Positions 36,395 through 49,462 of a stretch of 64,000 nucleotides of DNA are shown in pieces. Below the pieces are notes generated by a model. That model was not told the DNA's origin. It did no database searches and worked only from the letters and a program-made list of their open reading frames with translations. The position numbers were made by a program, and so were the translations under genes. Numbering within the stretch: position 1 is the stretch's first letter; every line of letters begins with the position of its first letter. Source of the stretch: Octopus sinensis (Eukaryota); assembly GCF_006345805.1 (NCBI RefSeq), contig NC_043014.1, positions 30,070,001 through 30,134,000 of the forward strand, written 5' to 3'.

Positions 36395-38145
36395 TAGACG
36401 GAGAGTAAAACACATAAATGTGAAACAAGGTGGAAAAAAGAGTACTCAAATACCAGTGGTAGAGTAATATGCTTTATTTTAAGCAGCAGAAAATTCAACA
36501 AAATCTGTTACTCTGAGTTTCTCGTTGCCGTTCATCAGACAGTTTTTGTTAGAATGGAACTTATATATTAATTCAATCTATACTCTTACAAACGCTACAC
36601 CTTTAAAAAGAAATGGACTTGTTTGATTGGCCCTTTAGAAAAAACGGTCAATCTTCGAGCGATAAACAAAAAGGTCAAAAATATATGTATATATATATGA
36701 AAAAACTTATAAAAATTATAAAATCCGAGGAAAAACCGAGGAAAAAACCTATTGCCGTTAATGAAGACAGTACAAATTAATGCATAGAAATTAAACCTGT
36801 TATAAATACTGCAATACATATTTATATTAAAATCCACATATATATATCAACATACACAAAAGGATGCGCGTAAACGCCATACATACATATACAGACGTAT
36901 GAATATGAATCTAAATTATACACATAAAAGCATGTGTACATATATTCACGCAAACCGTCTCGCACGCAAGCTAAAATTCATCTATGTAGCAATTCTCATA
37001 TACTGAGCAAGGAGGGGGAACGAAAGAAAGGGAAAGAGAGTAAAAAGGAACGAAGGAGGGGTGGGGAAAAAAACTTGTAGCGATATTATTGGCATCTATA
37101 GAGGCCAGTATACATACACAAGTTTGAATTGATACATATACATACCGTCGTGTGTATGCGTGCTTAAGCACAAACATACTTTCACTTACACATACACAGA
37201 TACGCATGCTTACAAATACATATGCTTTGCTATACACAAACTTATATAAACATTCCAAATTTGACAACATTGCTTTTTTTAAAAAAACATTGCTTTTAAA
37301 AAATGGGTGCATTAATAAAAATATATACGAAAGACATATAAAATAAAATATAACATCCTATTTTGGGTCATTTATAAATAATCAAGGTAATATAAATAAT
37401 CAAGGTAATCTTATGCAATACAATAACATGAAAACAAAGTTTGTAGGTTTTTCCTAATATATATGTAAAAACAATAAGACTTTGCTATAGGTCCGTCGTA
37501 GCGCTCAAGAGTCAAAATCAAAATCAAAAATCAAAATACAAAATATATACTCTATCCATATGGTATATTTATATTCGACATTTTAAATTTAGCCGCGTGC
37601 CTACATAAGGTCATTAACTCACTTCTTTGATTCAAAGAATTATTGTCTTTGAATAATATGTGCATTTTCTCTAATAAGCAAAGCCTGCACTTGAAATTAT
37701 ATTTGTAAGCTCCATGCCTGTATGGTGCCGCCCTGTCCAGAATGCTCCATGTCACGTTGAAAGGTGGGGCTTCCTGTTCTTTTAGTTCTCAGACATATTT
37801 TGCTAGGCTGGTTTTCTTCCTATTCTCTGGGTATTTAAAAGAATTCTTATGAGAATAAAATCTTGTTTTAAATGAATTTTCTGAAGCCCCTGTGTATGTC
37901 TTGTATTCCGATGAGCCTTCCACTTGCACCTTGGCTCTATAAACTACTCCTTTCACTAGACATTTCCCTTCTAACGGACAGGAGCTTCCGTTTTTGAAAT
38001 TACATTTCTTAATGGGCTCGGCACCATGTCTAATCTCAATAGATTATGCGTGGCTATAAGGCCGTCATCCCTATATAGACCTGCATCTATAAATGGGAAT
38101 TCTATTTTTAGATTATGGAGAATAAAGGCTCCTATGAGCATACAT
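36395..38145 (-). mobile_element. Penelope-like element, antisense arm (5'-truncated, internally deleted)
   Basis: The minus strand starts CMLIGAFILHNLKIEFPFIDAGLYRDDGLIATHN, jumps ~575 nt, then gives the GIY-YIG region (TGG>TGA stop), 3' region and HHR. It ends in (TA)n. Confidence 0.9.
36497..36550 (-). ncRNA. Minimal type I hammerhead ribozyme (left arm copy)
   Basis: Exact reverse complement of 40667-40720. Confidence 0.8.
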
Positions 38146-38147
38146 AA

Positions 38148-39267
38148 TTCCCATTTATAGATGCAGGTCTATATAGGGATGACGGCCTTATAGCCACGCA
38201 TAATCAAAACGGCCTGAATCAGATAGACTTAGGAAGGACCTTATAGCTTCTTTCAAAGGATGGGCTTACGGATTACGATAGATACTACCTGAATAGTGTA
38301 GATAGTTTTTAGACGAATTTTAATGTAAGATCGGATAGATTTAGACCTTTCGTAAGCCCAATGAAAAGCTATCGTATATTAGCAATGATTCGAACCATCC
38401 ACCAGTTATCCTTAGCAACTTAGTCAGCAATGTAGGTAGAAGAATATCTTCAATTCTTCGGACGAGGCAGCATTCCATAATGCTGCCACCTTATTACGAT
38501 AGCGCATAAAGAATAGGGATTCTCGGAGAAGATCCAGTTCACCAGCTTAATGCTAATAATAATGCTGCACGAAGAACTAGGACCAGGAAAGTTTTGTGGT
38601 TCAACCCGGCTTTCATTTGGCCGTAAAGACTAATATAGGTAAGGAATTTGAGATTAGTCTCTAAGCATTTTAAGCAGGGTCATAAATTCTACAGAATATT
38701 TAATAGAAGAACCCTGAAGGTTAGCTATTCTTGTTGCAGAAATTTCGCCTCTTACATTAGCCAACATAATAGGAAGCTAATTGAGATTAGACATGGTGCC
38801 GAGCCCATTAAGAAATGTAATTTCAAAAACGAAAGCTCCTGTCCGTTAGAAGGGAAATGTCTAGTGAAAGGAGTAGTTTATAGAGCCAAGGTGCAAGTGG
38901 AAGGCTCATCGGAATACAAGACATACACAGGGGCTTCAGAAAATTCATTTAAAACAAGATTTTATTCTCATAAGAATTCTTTTAAATACCCAGAGAATAG
39001 GAAGAAAACCAGCCTAGCAAAATATGTCTGGGAACTAAAAGAAAAGGAAGCCCCACCTTCAACGTGACATGGAGCATTCTGGACAGGGCGGCACCATACA
39101 GGCATGGAGCTTACAAATATAATTTCAAGTGCAGGCTTTGCTTATTAGAGAAAATGCACATATTATTCAAAGACAATAATTCTTTGAATCAAAGAAGTGA
39201 GTTAATGAACTTATGTAGGCACGCGGCTAAATTTAAAATGTCGAATATAAATATACCATATGGATAG
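38148..39267 (+). pseudogene. PLE RT C-terminus plus GIY-YIG endonuclease, frameshifted
   Basis: YRDD at 38172-38183, SNHPP and LWFNP motifs, Cys linker CNFKNESSCPLEGKC, GVVYRAKV...KTYTGASE..FKTRFYSHKNSF, and CRLCLLEK..LNQRSELMNLCRH. Confidence 0.9.
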
Positions 39268-40131
39268 AGTATATATTTTGTATTTTGATTTTTGATTTTG
39301 ATTTTGACTCTTGAGCGCTACGACGGACCTATAGCAAAGTCTTATTGTTTTTACATATATATTAGGAAAAACCTACAAACTTTGTTTTCATGTTATTGTA
39401 TTGCATAAGATTACCTTGATTATTTATATTACCTTGATTATTTATAAATGACCCAAAATAGGATGTTATATTTTATTTTATATGTCTTTCGTATATATTT
39501 TTATTAATGCACCCATTTTTTAAAAGCAATGTTTTTTTTTAAAAAAAGCAATGTTGTCAAATTTGGAATGTTTATATAAGTTTGTGTATAGCAAAGCATA
39601 TGTATTTGTAAGCATGCGTATCTGTGTATGTGTAAGTGAAAGTATGCTTGTGCTTAAGCACGCATACACACGACGGTATGTATATGTATCAATTCAAACT
39701 TGTGTATGTATACTGGCCTCTATAGATGCCAATAATATCGCTACAAGTTTTTTCCCCACCCCTCCTTCGTTCCTTTTTACTCTCTTTCCCTTTCTTTCGT
39801 TCCCCCTCCTTGCTCAGTATATGAGAATTGCTACATAGATGAATTTTAGCTTGCGTGCGAGACGGTTTGCGTGAATATATGTACACATGCTTTTATGTGT
39901 ATAATTTAGATTCATATTCATACGTCTGTATATGTATGTATGGCGTTTACGCGCATCCTTTTGTGTATGTTGATATATATATGTGGATTTTAATATAAAT
40001 ATGTATTGCAGTATTTATAACAGATTTAATTTCTATGCATTAATTTGTACTGTCTTCATTAACGGCAATAGGTTTTTTCCTCGGTTTTTTCCTCGGATTT
40101 TATAATTTTTATAAGTTTTTTTATATATATA

Positions 40132-40527
40132 CTAGCAGTATCGCCCGGCGTTGCTCAGGTTTGTAAGGGAAATAATATAAAGCATTTTAGAGAGTTATAG
40201 CCAAAAAATAGCAAAAAAATTGGAAAAAAATGATGGTAAATTTTTTGAGAGTTAAAAAAGGTGGAGTTGCTCCCTATGACGGTCTGTGGTTTGGGTTTCT
40301 GATTCTCGACCCCATGTCGAATTTATCGATTTTTTTCAGAACTGGGGGAACTTTTCAAAATTTTCGCTGCGTTAGTTTGAATATGACATTGGCTATGCGG
40401 TGTCAAGTTTCATCAGAATCGGTTGAAAGCCGTGGTCAGGGTGAGGGTACGAGAAAACAGACACACAGAAACACGCACAGACACACAGAAACACGCACAG
40501 ACAAACTGCCGTTTATATATAGAGAGA
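40132..40527 (-). mobile_element. Non-autonomous Helitron inserted in the PLE right arm
   Basis: A|TC...hairpin...CTAG|T. The left arm shows the empty site aaaatatatgta|tatatat, with no TSD. Confidence 0.92.
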
Positions 40528-40666
40528 TACATATATTTTTGACCTTTTTGTTTATCGCTCGAAGATTGACCGTTTTTTCTAAAGGGCCAATCAAACAAGT
40601 CCATTTCTTTTTAAAGGTGTAGCGTTTGTAAGAGTATAGATTGAATTAATATATAAGTTCCATTCT

Positions 40667-40720
40667 AACAAAAACTGTCTGATGAACGGCAACGAGAAAC
40701 TCAGAGTAACAGATTTTGTT
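40667..40720 (+). ncRNA. Minimal type I hammerhead ribozyme (right arm copy)
   Basis: Stem I aacaaaaactgt/acagattttgtt (11 of 12 bp), CTGATGA, stem II a-cg-GCAA-cg-a, GAAA, palindromic stem III ACTC-A-GAGT, and GTA site (predicted cut after 40708). Confidence 0.8.
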
Positions 40721-40904
40721 GAATTTTCTGCTGCTTAAAATAAAGTATATATATATATATATGAGAGGACAAATGAAAGAAAAGGCACTCAGCATGCTTA
40801 GTAGGATTTACATGTATTATTTAAAACACTTTGATTTGACTCCATGCGACTGAAAGTTTCGCAAGTCTATTAATATATATATATATATGCATGTGTGTGT
40901 GTGT

Positions 40905-41576
40905 GTATACATACATTATCTTCACCTGCTTATTGCCATACTTATTTAATACCATCTGACCCAAACATGTTGATTTTAGTCTCATCAGAAGAAAGAATTT
41001 TATTCCCAAACTCCTTCCCCTTACTCACATCAGTTTCAGTAACAGAAAAACAACTCGATTTATGCCTGGTAGTGAGTAGAGGTTTCATACAAGGAATGCA
41101 TCCATGAAGACCACACTGGTTCAAACTTCTGCAAACTGTTTGGGCAGATATACCTTTTCCACTAACAGAATGCACTTATCATCCATTACACAACGTTGGA
41201 TGTGGCGAATATCATGTGCAGTTAAAATAGAAGGATGACCTGGATGATTTTCATTGCTTAGCCATCCAGTAGCTTTGTACTTCTGAATTACTTTGGCAAC
41301 TGTGTTTAAGCTAATATGTATTTGTTTGCTATTTAACTTGTATCCTAAACCATTCTTGTGCAAATTGAAAGTAATTTTCTTCAAGTCTTCCTTTTGGTGC
41401 CATTTCACAATGAAGAAGATTTTTCCCCACGATACGCAAATCAGAATCCCTGCAGATGCAATAACAATAACCGGTGCAAAAATAGCTGGAAAAATAATTT
41501 ATTAGAATTGAAATTATCAGCAATATCTGAATTTAGTAATAAAAAGTGGATAAAGTACATACTTCTGTGAGATACT

Positions 41577-41580
<4 letters not shown>
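40905..41580 (-). mobile_element. Tc1-like transposon, 5' half, decayed
   Basis: TIR-like agtatctcacagaagtatgtac; HKNGLGYK..SKQIHISLNTVAKVIQKYK..G; SAQTVCRSL...GLHG; ILSSDETKINMFGSDG. Confidence 0.85.
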
Positions 41581-41615
<35 letters not shown>

Positions 41616-41659
41616 ACAAATTTCTATCTGAAATCCCAGATGAAGCCACATATATACAT

Positions 41660-42094
41660 GCATGTTTGTGTGTGTGCACGTATTGGCTAGGACAGCTGCA
41701 TAAAGATGTACCAAGCTCTAATTGTGGAGGGTACCTGTGAAAAGGGTAGACGCAGGACACTGGGTCTCACTGAAGATACGATAAGGGACCAGGAGATGTG
41801 GTGATTTGCTGTACTTGATAAGATGTATCAAGCTAAGTAAAATCACTGTTTTCCACATATACAGGCTTATCCTTTCAGTTGCCAGTGTTGCATTAATGTA
41901 CCCATGCAAGTGGCATATTTAAAGCCCCCAAAACACTCTGTTAAGTGGTTGGTATTAGGAAGGGCATCCAGCTGTACAAACCATGCCACAACAGACAATT
42001 GGAGTTTGGATAACTCCCTGCTAGCCAGCTCCATATCAAACCATCCAACCCATGCCAGCATGGAAAGCGGACGTTAAACAATGACAATGATGAT

Positions 42095-42095
<1 letters not shown>
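41660..42095 (+). mobile_element. Decayed RTE 3' end with (GAT)n tail
   Basis: GTCEKGRR-like remnant followed by the family 3' UTR ccaacccatgccagcatggaaagcggacgttaaac. Confidence 0.7.
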
Positions 42096-42345
<250 letters not shown>

Positions 42346-42934
42346 TAAATGTGTGTGTGTGTGTGTGTTTGTGTCCACCATCTCACTTGACAACCAGTGG
42401 TGGTTTGTTTACATTACCATAACCTAAGCAGTTCGGCAAAATGAGACCAAAATCATATGTCTCAAGCTTAGAAAAAAATAAGTACTGGCGTCAATTTGTT
42501 GAAGTAAACCCTTTGGTGTCCCAGCATGTCTGCAGTTCAATGCCTGATACAAGTGAAAGGTAAAAGGGTACGTATTTAAGAAGACATTATGTAATGTGTC
42601 ATTCTCTTTTTATGACAGTTACTTAAAGGCTATTTATAACAGACTGTGGTGACTACTGCATAAACCATTCAGCCATGCAGCCATTTTCATGTCATGTTGA
42701 CCTCACATGTCAGCTCTCTTTACTAAATTCAAAAAATTTCTGTTTGCAAAACAGGTTTTAAACTGACTTTCTTTTATATTTGTGCATATATGTGTTCATG
42801 TGTGAGTGTATGCGTTTGTGTATTATGAGCGCACACACTTAAATAGATATTTTAAAGTCTGTGTGCATCTTTGTGTGTGTCTGTGTTTATGTGCATGTGT
42901 GTGAGTGTACATATGTGTGTATGTGCATATATTT

Positions 42935-43327
42935 TTTTTTATACTTGTTTCAGTCATTTGACTGCGGCCATGCTGGAGCACTGCCTGTAATTGAGCAACT
43001 CGACCCCGGGACTTATTCGTTTGTAAGCCCAGTACTTATTCTAACAGTCTCTTTTGCCAAACCACTAAGTAACGGGGACATAAACACACCAGCATCGGTT
43101 GTCAAGCAATGCTAGGGGGACAAACACAGACACACAAACACACACATATATATATACAAATATACGACAGGCTTCTTTCAGTTTCCATCTACCAAATCCA
43201 CTTACAAGGCATTGGTCGGCCCAAGGCTATAGTAGAAGACACTTGCCCAAGGTGCCACACAGTGGGACTGAACCCAGAACCATGTGGTTGGTTAGCAAGC
43301 TACTTACCACACAGCCACTCCTGCGCC
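42935..43327 (-). mobile_element. SINE family A, full length
   Basis: Family body on the minus strand, ending in the ggcgcagg head. Confidence 0.9.
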
Positions 43328-43648
43328 TATATATAGACAGATATATCTAATTCTGTGTGTGTGTGTCCGTGTTTATAAGTAAATGGGCACATTTATGAAG
43401 ATGCATTCACCGTATCTTTATAAATGTTATATGTGCATTAAGTGCATGTATGGCTGTGTGGAGGCACAGGTGTGGTAGGATGGTAAGATGCTTACTTCCC
43501 AATCACATGGTTTGGAGGTTCAATCACACTATGTGGTATTTTAGATAAGTGTCTCTTCCATAGACCCAGGCTGACCAAAACCTTGTGAATGGGTTTGACA
43601 GATGTAAACTGGAAGAAGCCTGTCGTACATAGATATAAATGAATGTGC

Positions 43649-43682
<34 letters not shown>

Positions 43683-43958
43683 ATGTATGCTCGCGTGTGT
43701 GCCCACCCAATGAGATCTTTTGAATGGACTAATGTACCTGTAATTCAAAGAGCCAGGTTTGCACACATGTCTGTGGAATACTCAGCCATTCATGCTCAAT
43801 GAGTAGTTTATTCAGTTGATTGAGGAACTGGAATTTGTTTTTGAGTACTTCTGCACATTTGTGTTTGTGTCTGTAAGTATGAGTGTGCTTGTGTATGGCT
43901 CATTTTGTCTCCTATTAGAAATCTGTTCACATCTTAGCTACACTGCATGCACACACAT

Positions 43959-43996
<38 letters not shown>

Positions 43997-44994
43997 TCTC
44001 TGTGTGTATGTGTGTGTCTCTCTCTCTTTCTCTCCTTCCCTCTCTCTCTCTCTCACTCACACACACACACATTAACTACAACTACCACTTACAGACATAA
44101 TTTCATAGCCTGTACCATGCCTTTGTTAATTGCTATAGGTGCTAAGTTGGCAAGCTGGCAGAAATATTAGCACACAAGGTGTAATGCTTAGTGGTATTTC
44201 ATCTGTCTTTAGGTTCTGAGTTCAAATTCCACCAAGGTTGACTTTGCCTTTCATCCTTTTGGCATCGAAAACTTAAGTTCCATTTGTGTACTGGGGTCAA
44301 ACTAATCGACTGGCCCCCTCCACAAACATTTCGGGCCTTGTGCCTAGAGTAGAAAAGAATTGTTATAGGTGCTTCTGCTGTAGCAAGCAGACATAGACAT
44401 CATCTTACCCCTCTCTACCTTTCAGCTTCCTTCTACCAAAACTGTTTTTACAAGGTTTTGGTCAACCCAGGATTATATTAGAAGACACTTACCCAAGGTA
44501 GCACACAATGAGATTGAACCCAGAACCAAGCAGTTGAGCAAGCAAGCTTCTTATTACACAGTCATGCCTTTTACAATTATAGTTGTATGAATGTCAACTG
44601 GCGGAATAAATATTTTCACCTTATACTCCTTCTCTCTATATATATTTTATACACTCCTAATGAAATTATCATTGCCAATTTGATTTATTGGATTACAACT
44701 GCATCGGACTACACATTACACTTTTTGTTTTTTGTTTTGGTTTACTAAGTGGCTTGTAGCCTGATCCATTAACAGAGCTTTTTATTATGAGTACCACTAG
44801 ATTAGATAAATTCATTTTTTGTGTATTAAATTTATATGTATGCATATATGTATGCATATATATATAAATGTACCGACAGACACAAATGCACACATCATTT
44901 GTTTGTTTTACATCTGTTTTTTCATGCTAGCATGGCTTAATTGAACATATTGTTATAAGGCATTGTTTTACAGCCAGATGTCTTTCTTATAATA

Positions 44995-45380
44995 ATAATG
45001 AAATTATTGTATACAGCGCTCAGGTGCACCACAACTTGTCTGGAAAGTGAACAATGCATGAGTCAGATACATGCTTGTGTGTATATGGAGGGGAGAAAAT
45101 CAGGTGTATTGTTGGCGAATCTCAGAAAGCATGGAAGTTTTGAAGGATGCAGTACTCCGACAACTAACAACTGATGTCGGCAGTTTGTTCCATGCTTCAG
45201 CAACTCTCAGCGTGAAAAAATGTTTCCTGAAGTCATGGGAGCTGTGCAGTTTTCTGACTTTGTAAATATGTCCACGGGTTTTAGATGGGTGGAGTTTGAA
45301 AAGGGTTTCTTGAAAAGGGTTTCTTGTTGGTAACATCTGTTTTTCAAATAAGTGATGTCTTCTTTCACATGACTTTGATG
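44995..45380 (-). mobile_element. CR1-clade LINE 3' end
   Basis: LFKLHPSKTRGHIYKVRKLHSSHDFRKHFFTLRVAEAWNKLPTSVV. Confidence 0.85.
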
Positions 45381-45546
45381 AAAAATTGTCAATTAATGGG
45401 AAAAAAAAATACAACTTGTAAGAATGTTGGTGTTACAGAGAGATACATATTCTTGACGTGATACAAAGCAAAGAGGACACAGATCAATAAAGAAAAAGAA
45501 ATGATGACGATATCTTTCTTTGTAGCCTCTATAAAATGACATGGTT

Positions 45547-45830
45547 CATCATCATCATCATCATCGTTTAGCGTCCGCTTTCCATGCTAGCATGGGTTGG
45601 ACGGTTCAACTGGGGTCTGGGAAGCCAGAAGGCTGCACCAGGCCCAGTCTGATATGGCAGGATGCCCTTCCTAACGCCAACCACTCCGTGAGTGTAGTGG
45701 GTGCTTTTTACGTGCCACCGGCACAGGTGCCAGATGAGGCTGGCAAATGGCCATGACCAGATGGTGCCTTTTACGTGCCACCGGCACGGGGGCCAGACGA
45801 GGCTGGCAACGGCCACGAACAGATGGTGCT
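45547..45830 (-). mobile_element. RTE-type 3'-UTR tail fragment with internal direct repeats
   Basis: catcatcgtttagcgtccgctttccatgctagcatgggttgg; ttttacgtgccaccggcac occurs twice. Confidence 0.8.
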
Positions 45831-47721
45831 TAATTAATTACTTTAGAGGGAAGCTGCTCTTCTATGACAGCTCCCCTATGCATTCTCCTTTTCTGTCTAC
45901 CAAGGTTTTAGTTGTGTCAGTTTTGGTAAAACAATTTGAGATCTTTCCTATATCTTTTATTTGTTTTATTCATTGGGCTGCAGTTTCTGTCAACCAAATC
46001 TGCACTTAAAGCTTAGGTAGGCTCAGCGCTATAGCAGATGATCTTTGCATAAGCTGCAGTACAGTGGAACAACTCAAAATCATGTGGTTGAGAAGCAAAC
46101 CGCACAGCCATGCTAACAAAAAGAAACATAAGAAAAATGATGGAGTCAGATTGATGAAGAAATGGAGGCAGACAGTAAAGTTTCTGGATCTATCCAGCCA
46201 AAATTTCAGTACCACAGACAGGATTTGAACTTGGTACTGTAGGCTACCAAGTTGGCTGAACCATCTATGAACAAACCATGAATCATCAATCTTTATAGAC
46301 ACAAAAGAATAACAAAGATTAATGGCCAGTGTAAGGAGGTCCTTTGATGAATTGCTACAGCTTGGTGGTAGTAGTGAGGTGATGATGAATGATGAGGCAG
46401 AGATGTGGTAATAGCAGTCATTGTGGTGATGGTGGTGGTAATGGTAGTGGTTGGCGTCATCTGGAACAGTGGTTATGGTGATGTGATAGGATAATAGTGG
46501 GTCATGGAGCAGAGTAGGAGTGTCATTGCCTCATACCCCCACCCCACCCGCCGCTGTGAAACAGTTGTATAGAGAAAAAAAACTGGATTAGATTTGGGGA
46601 GTGAGGCAGATGGTCTGTCTGTCTCCTTTGGGTGAGTATTGTACCCTTCCTCTTCCATAAAACACCCCACCATCACCGCCACAAGAGGGACTGAGCATGA
46701 AATAATGTACTCTTCAATGTATCTTAGTGCATGATTATATCTGTGTTTGTGCATGTGTGCACATGTGTGTGTGTGTGTGTGGAAGAGAAAGAAAAAGGCA
46801 GAGAGAAAGTGAAAGGTTGGATGTTGGCTTGTGTAGGACAAAAAGCTAGAGGGGATAGTTACCTCAACATAGGGGTGGTTTATGTTTGTTAGCAGGAAAA
46901 AAGCAATAGTGGGGAGGTGAAGTAGTGCTGTGGGTGGTGGCGGCAGTGGTGGTGATTTTATTAAAGATGATGGTGAGTGGTTGTTATTACTATTTAGTTC
47001 CTGATAGGCAGTTCAATCATGACCATCTCACCTTATTTGCATGTTTACAATCACATTGTCCAATTAAAATTACTGTAAAGTATCTTTTGGGGGAGATTTG
47101 GTAGCTATCACTTGCAGGAGAGACTCCTTTTGTGATGTTGGTCGGTGATGTTGTGATGTTGGTGGTGGTAAGGTGAGTGTTGCAGGTGATGTGGTAGTAG
47201 TGATTTAATAGCAGTTAGCTGGAAAATAAAGGCTTCCTTTACAAGAAGGTAAGATTAGTTGAAGAGAATAGGGTATAACAGACGGTAACTGTTTTACATG
47301 CGGGTTTTGTTTTGTCTATTGAAACTACAAGTAGTAACTTCAATAACAAGAGCAACAGCATTCATTCATGCAAGAGGCACAGTCTGTAGCTACAACAAGC
47401 ATCAACACAGTGCTGTCCCTGCCGCAATGTATGTAACCACAACTTTAATCAACCAGACACATCTACGGTATCCCAGAACATTACAACATTACTTGAAAAT
47501 TATCCACCTCAATCAAGACAAAATACTCAGACATTCCTAATATTACAGTATTACAGAACATCTACAACATCTTCCTGTCGATCCCTCACAGTTCAAACAA
47601 TCACTCTGATGCATCTACAAGACTTCCAGATTTATGCTACAACATAGCTCTCCCAAAAACTGAAGCTCTCGCTCTCAATCCAAATAATCATCTGGACACA
47701 TTCATAACATCTATGTATTAG

Positions 47722-47992
47722 TGATAGAGACAGTATTAATATTGACAGGTGATATTTATCTCCACTTAAACATGGATGTTCTCAAAGAACAAACTATACT
47801 GTGATAGATAACATGAGAGAAACTCTCATATTGACTTTTGGTGCAATATCACTGGTGGACAGATAAGTCACCACCATCTCTACTACATCATAGGATTTGG
47901 ACCTTCCTTGGTCTTGTCAATGATGGATGCTTGACTGCTAGAGATGGCAGTGACTCATCTCCCCACTACCACCATCGCAAGTGATATATAGA
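47722..47992. repeat. Third copy of the 1251-1710 repeat family
   Basis: atatttatctccacttaaacatggatgttct...catgagagaaactctcatattg...ccttccttggtcttgtca. Confidence 0.7.
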
Positions 47993-48059
47993 AAAACGGT
48001 GCCCCCTGGACACTCCTAAACTGCATCCTAAAAACATTGTCCCTCATTCTCAGTCCATA

Positions 48060-48340
48060 TACTTTTGTATCCCCCCTAGACACACCTACATCTCCCCCAG
48101 ACATCTAAATTTTCCAGTTACATCTTCATTCTCACCAAACACATCTACATCCTCTCCAGACGCGGCTATATCTCCCCCAGAAACATCTAAATCTCCCAGA
48201 CACATCTACATCCTCATCAAACACATCTACACCTTCTCCAGACACGGCTATATATTCCCCCAAACACATCCTCTAAGACACATCTACATCCCTCAGTCCA
48301 ATCTACATCTTCTCCAAACACATCTACATCCCCCACCCTC
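48060..48340. repeat. Degenerate ~21-bp minisatellite
   Basis: Recurring acacatctacatcc(t)ccccag-like unit. Confidence 0.7.
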
Positions 48341-48756
48341 AGACACATACACACCACCATCACCACCCCAACCATCACCACCACCACCACCACCACCACC
48401 ACAACCACCACTACCACAACTACCACTACCACCACAACCACCACCTCCACTACCACCCCCACCACCACCACCACCACCACCACCCAGATATGTTTACACA
48501 CTTCAGCCGAGTCAACACCCACAGATACATCTAAATCCCTATCCCTTTCCCACCCTCTCAATCTAAACAAAGCATCACACTCCAACCTCTACCCCAGACA
48601 CATTCACTTATCTCCCAGACACATCTATACTTATTATAATGTCTTAAATATTCTACCTTCACCTTCCCAGTCCAGTCCATCCAGACAAACACCCAAACAC
48701 ATCAAGACACAAAAAATAACACACTCTGCTCCGAGATGTGCTGGGGCGAACAGCAT

Positions 48757-48809
<53 letters not shown>

Positions 48810-49258
48810 GATCATGGATGAATCACCTTCAATCTCTGAATGTTGTTCATGTTTTAGTGTATATTTGTTAAAATTCTACTTTATTAAGTTTTCTTCATTC
48901 ATTTACATATACTATTACCCTTCCTCCACTCTTACCATTCCCCACACACACACTCATCCCATCATATGTCCTCCTTCTCTCTCTCTTCCATACCCCAACT
49001 GCCATTGTTTCCATTATGTAATCCTTTCAGTGAGAATCAGCAGTACCAATATAAAAGGAACAATAAACGATCTCTTCACTTAACTGATACACTTCTCCCC
49101 CACGCCCTCCCTTTACTGTCTTCCAATTATCTAACAAAACTCCAACTTACTGACCATTTGTCACTCATGTGTATTTATTTTTTTACTTTTACATATAAAT
49201 GCAACATACACAGATACACACACATGCACATATACATGTTAATGCATTATATATATAT

Positions 49259-49420
49259 AGGCGCAGGAGTGGCTGTGTGGTAAGTAGCTTGCTTAGCAAC
49301 CACATGGTTCTGGGTTCAGTCCCACTGCGTGGCACCTTGGGCAAGTGTCTTCTACTATAGCCTCGGGCCGACCGAAGCCTTGTGAGTGGATTTGGTAGAC
49401 GGAAACTGAAAGAAGCCCGT

Positions 49421-49462
<42 letters not shown>

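Larger units (their letters stand above)
38146..40749 (+). mobile_element. Penelope-like element (Neptune-like), sense arm, 5'-truncated
   Basis: RT C-terminal half, GIY-YIG, long AT-rich 3' region and terminal HHR, ending in (TA)n. Inverted match to 36468-38101. Confidence 0.92.
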
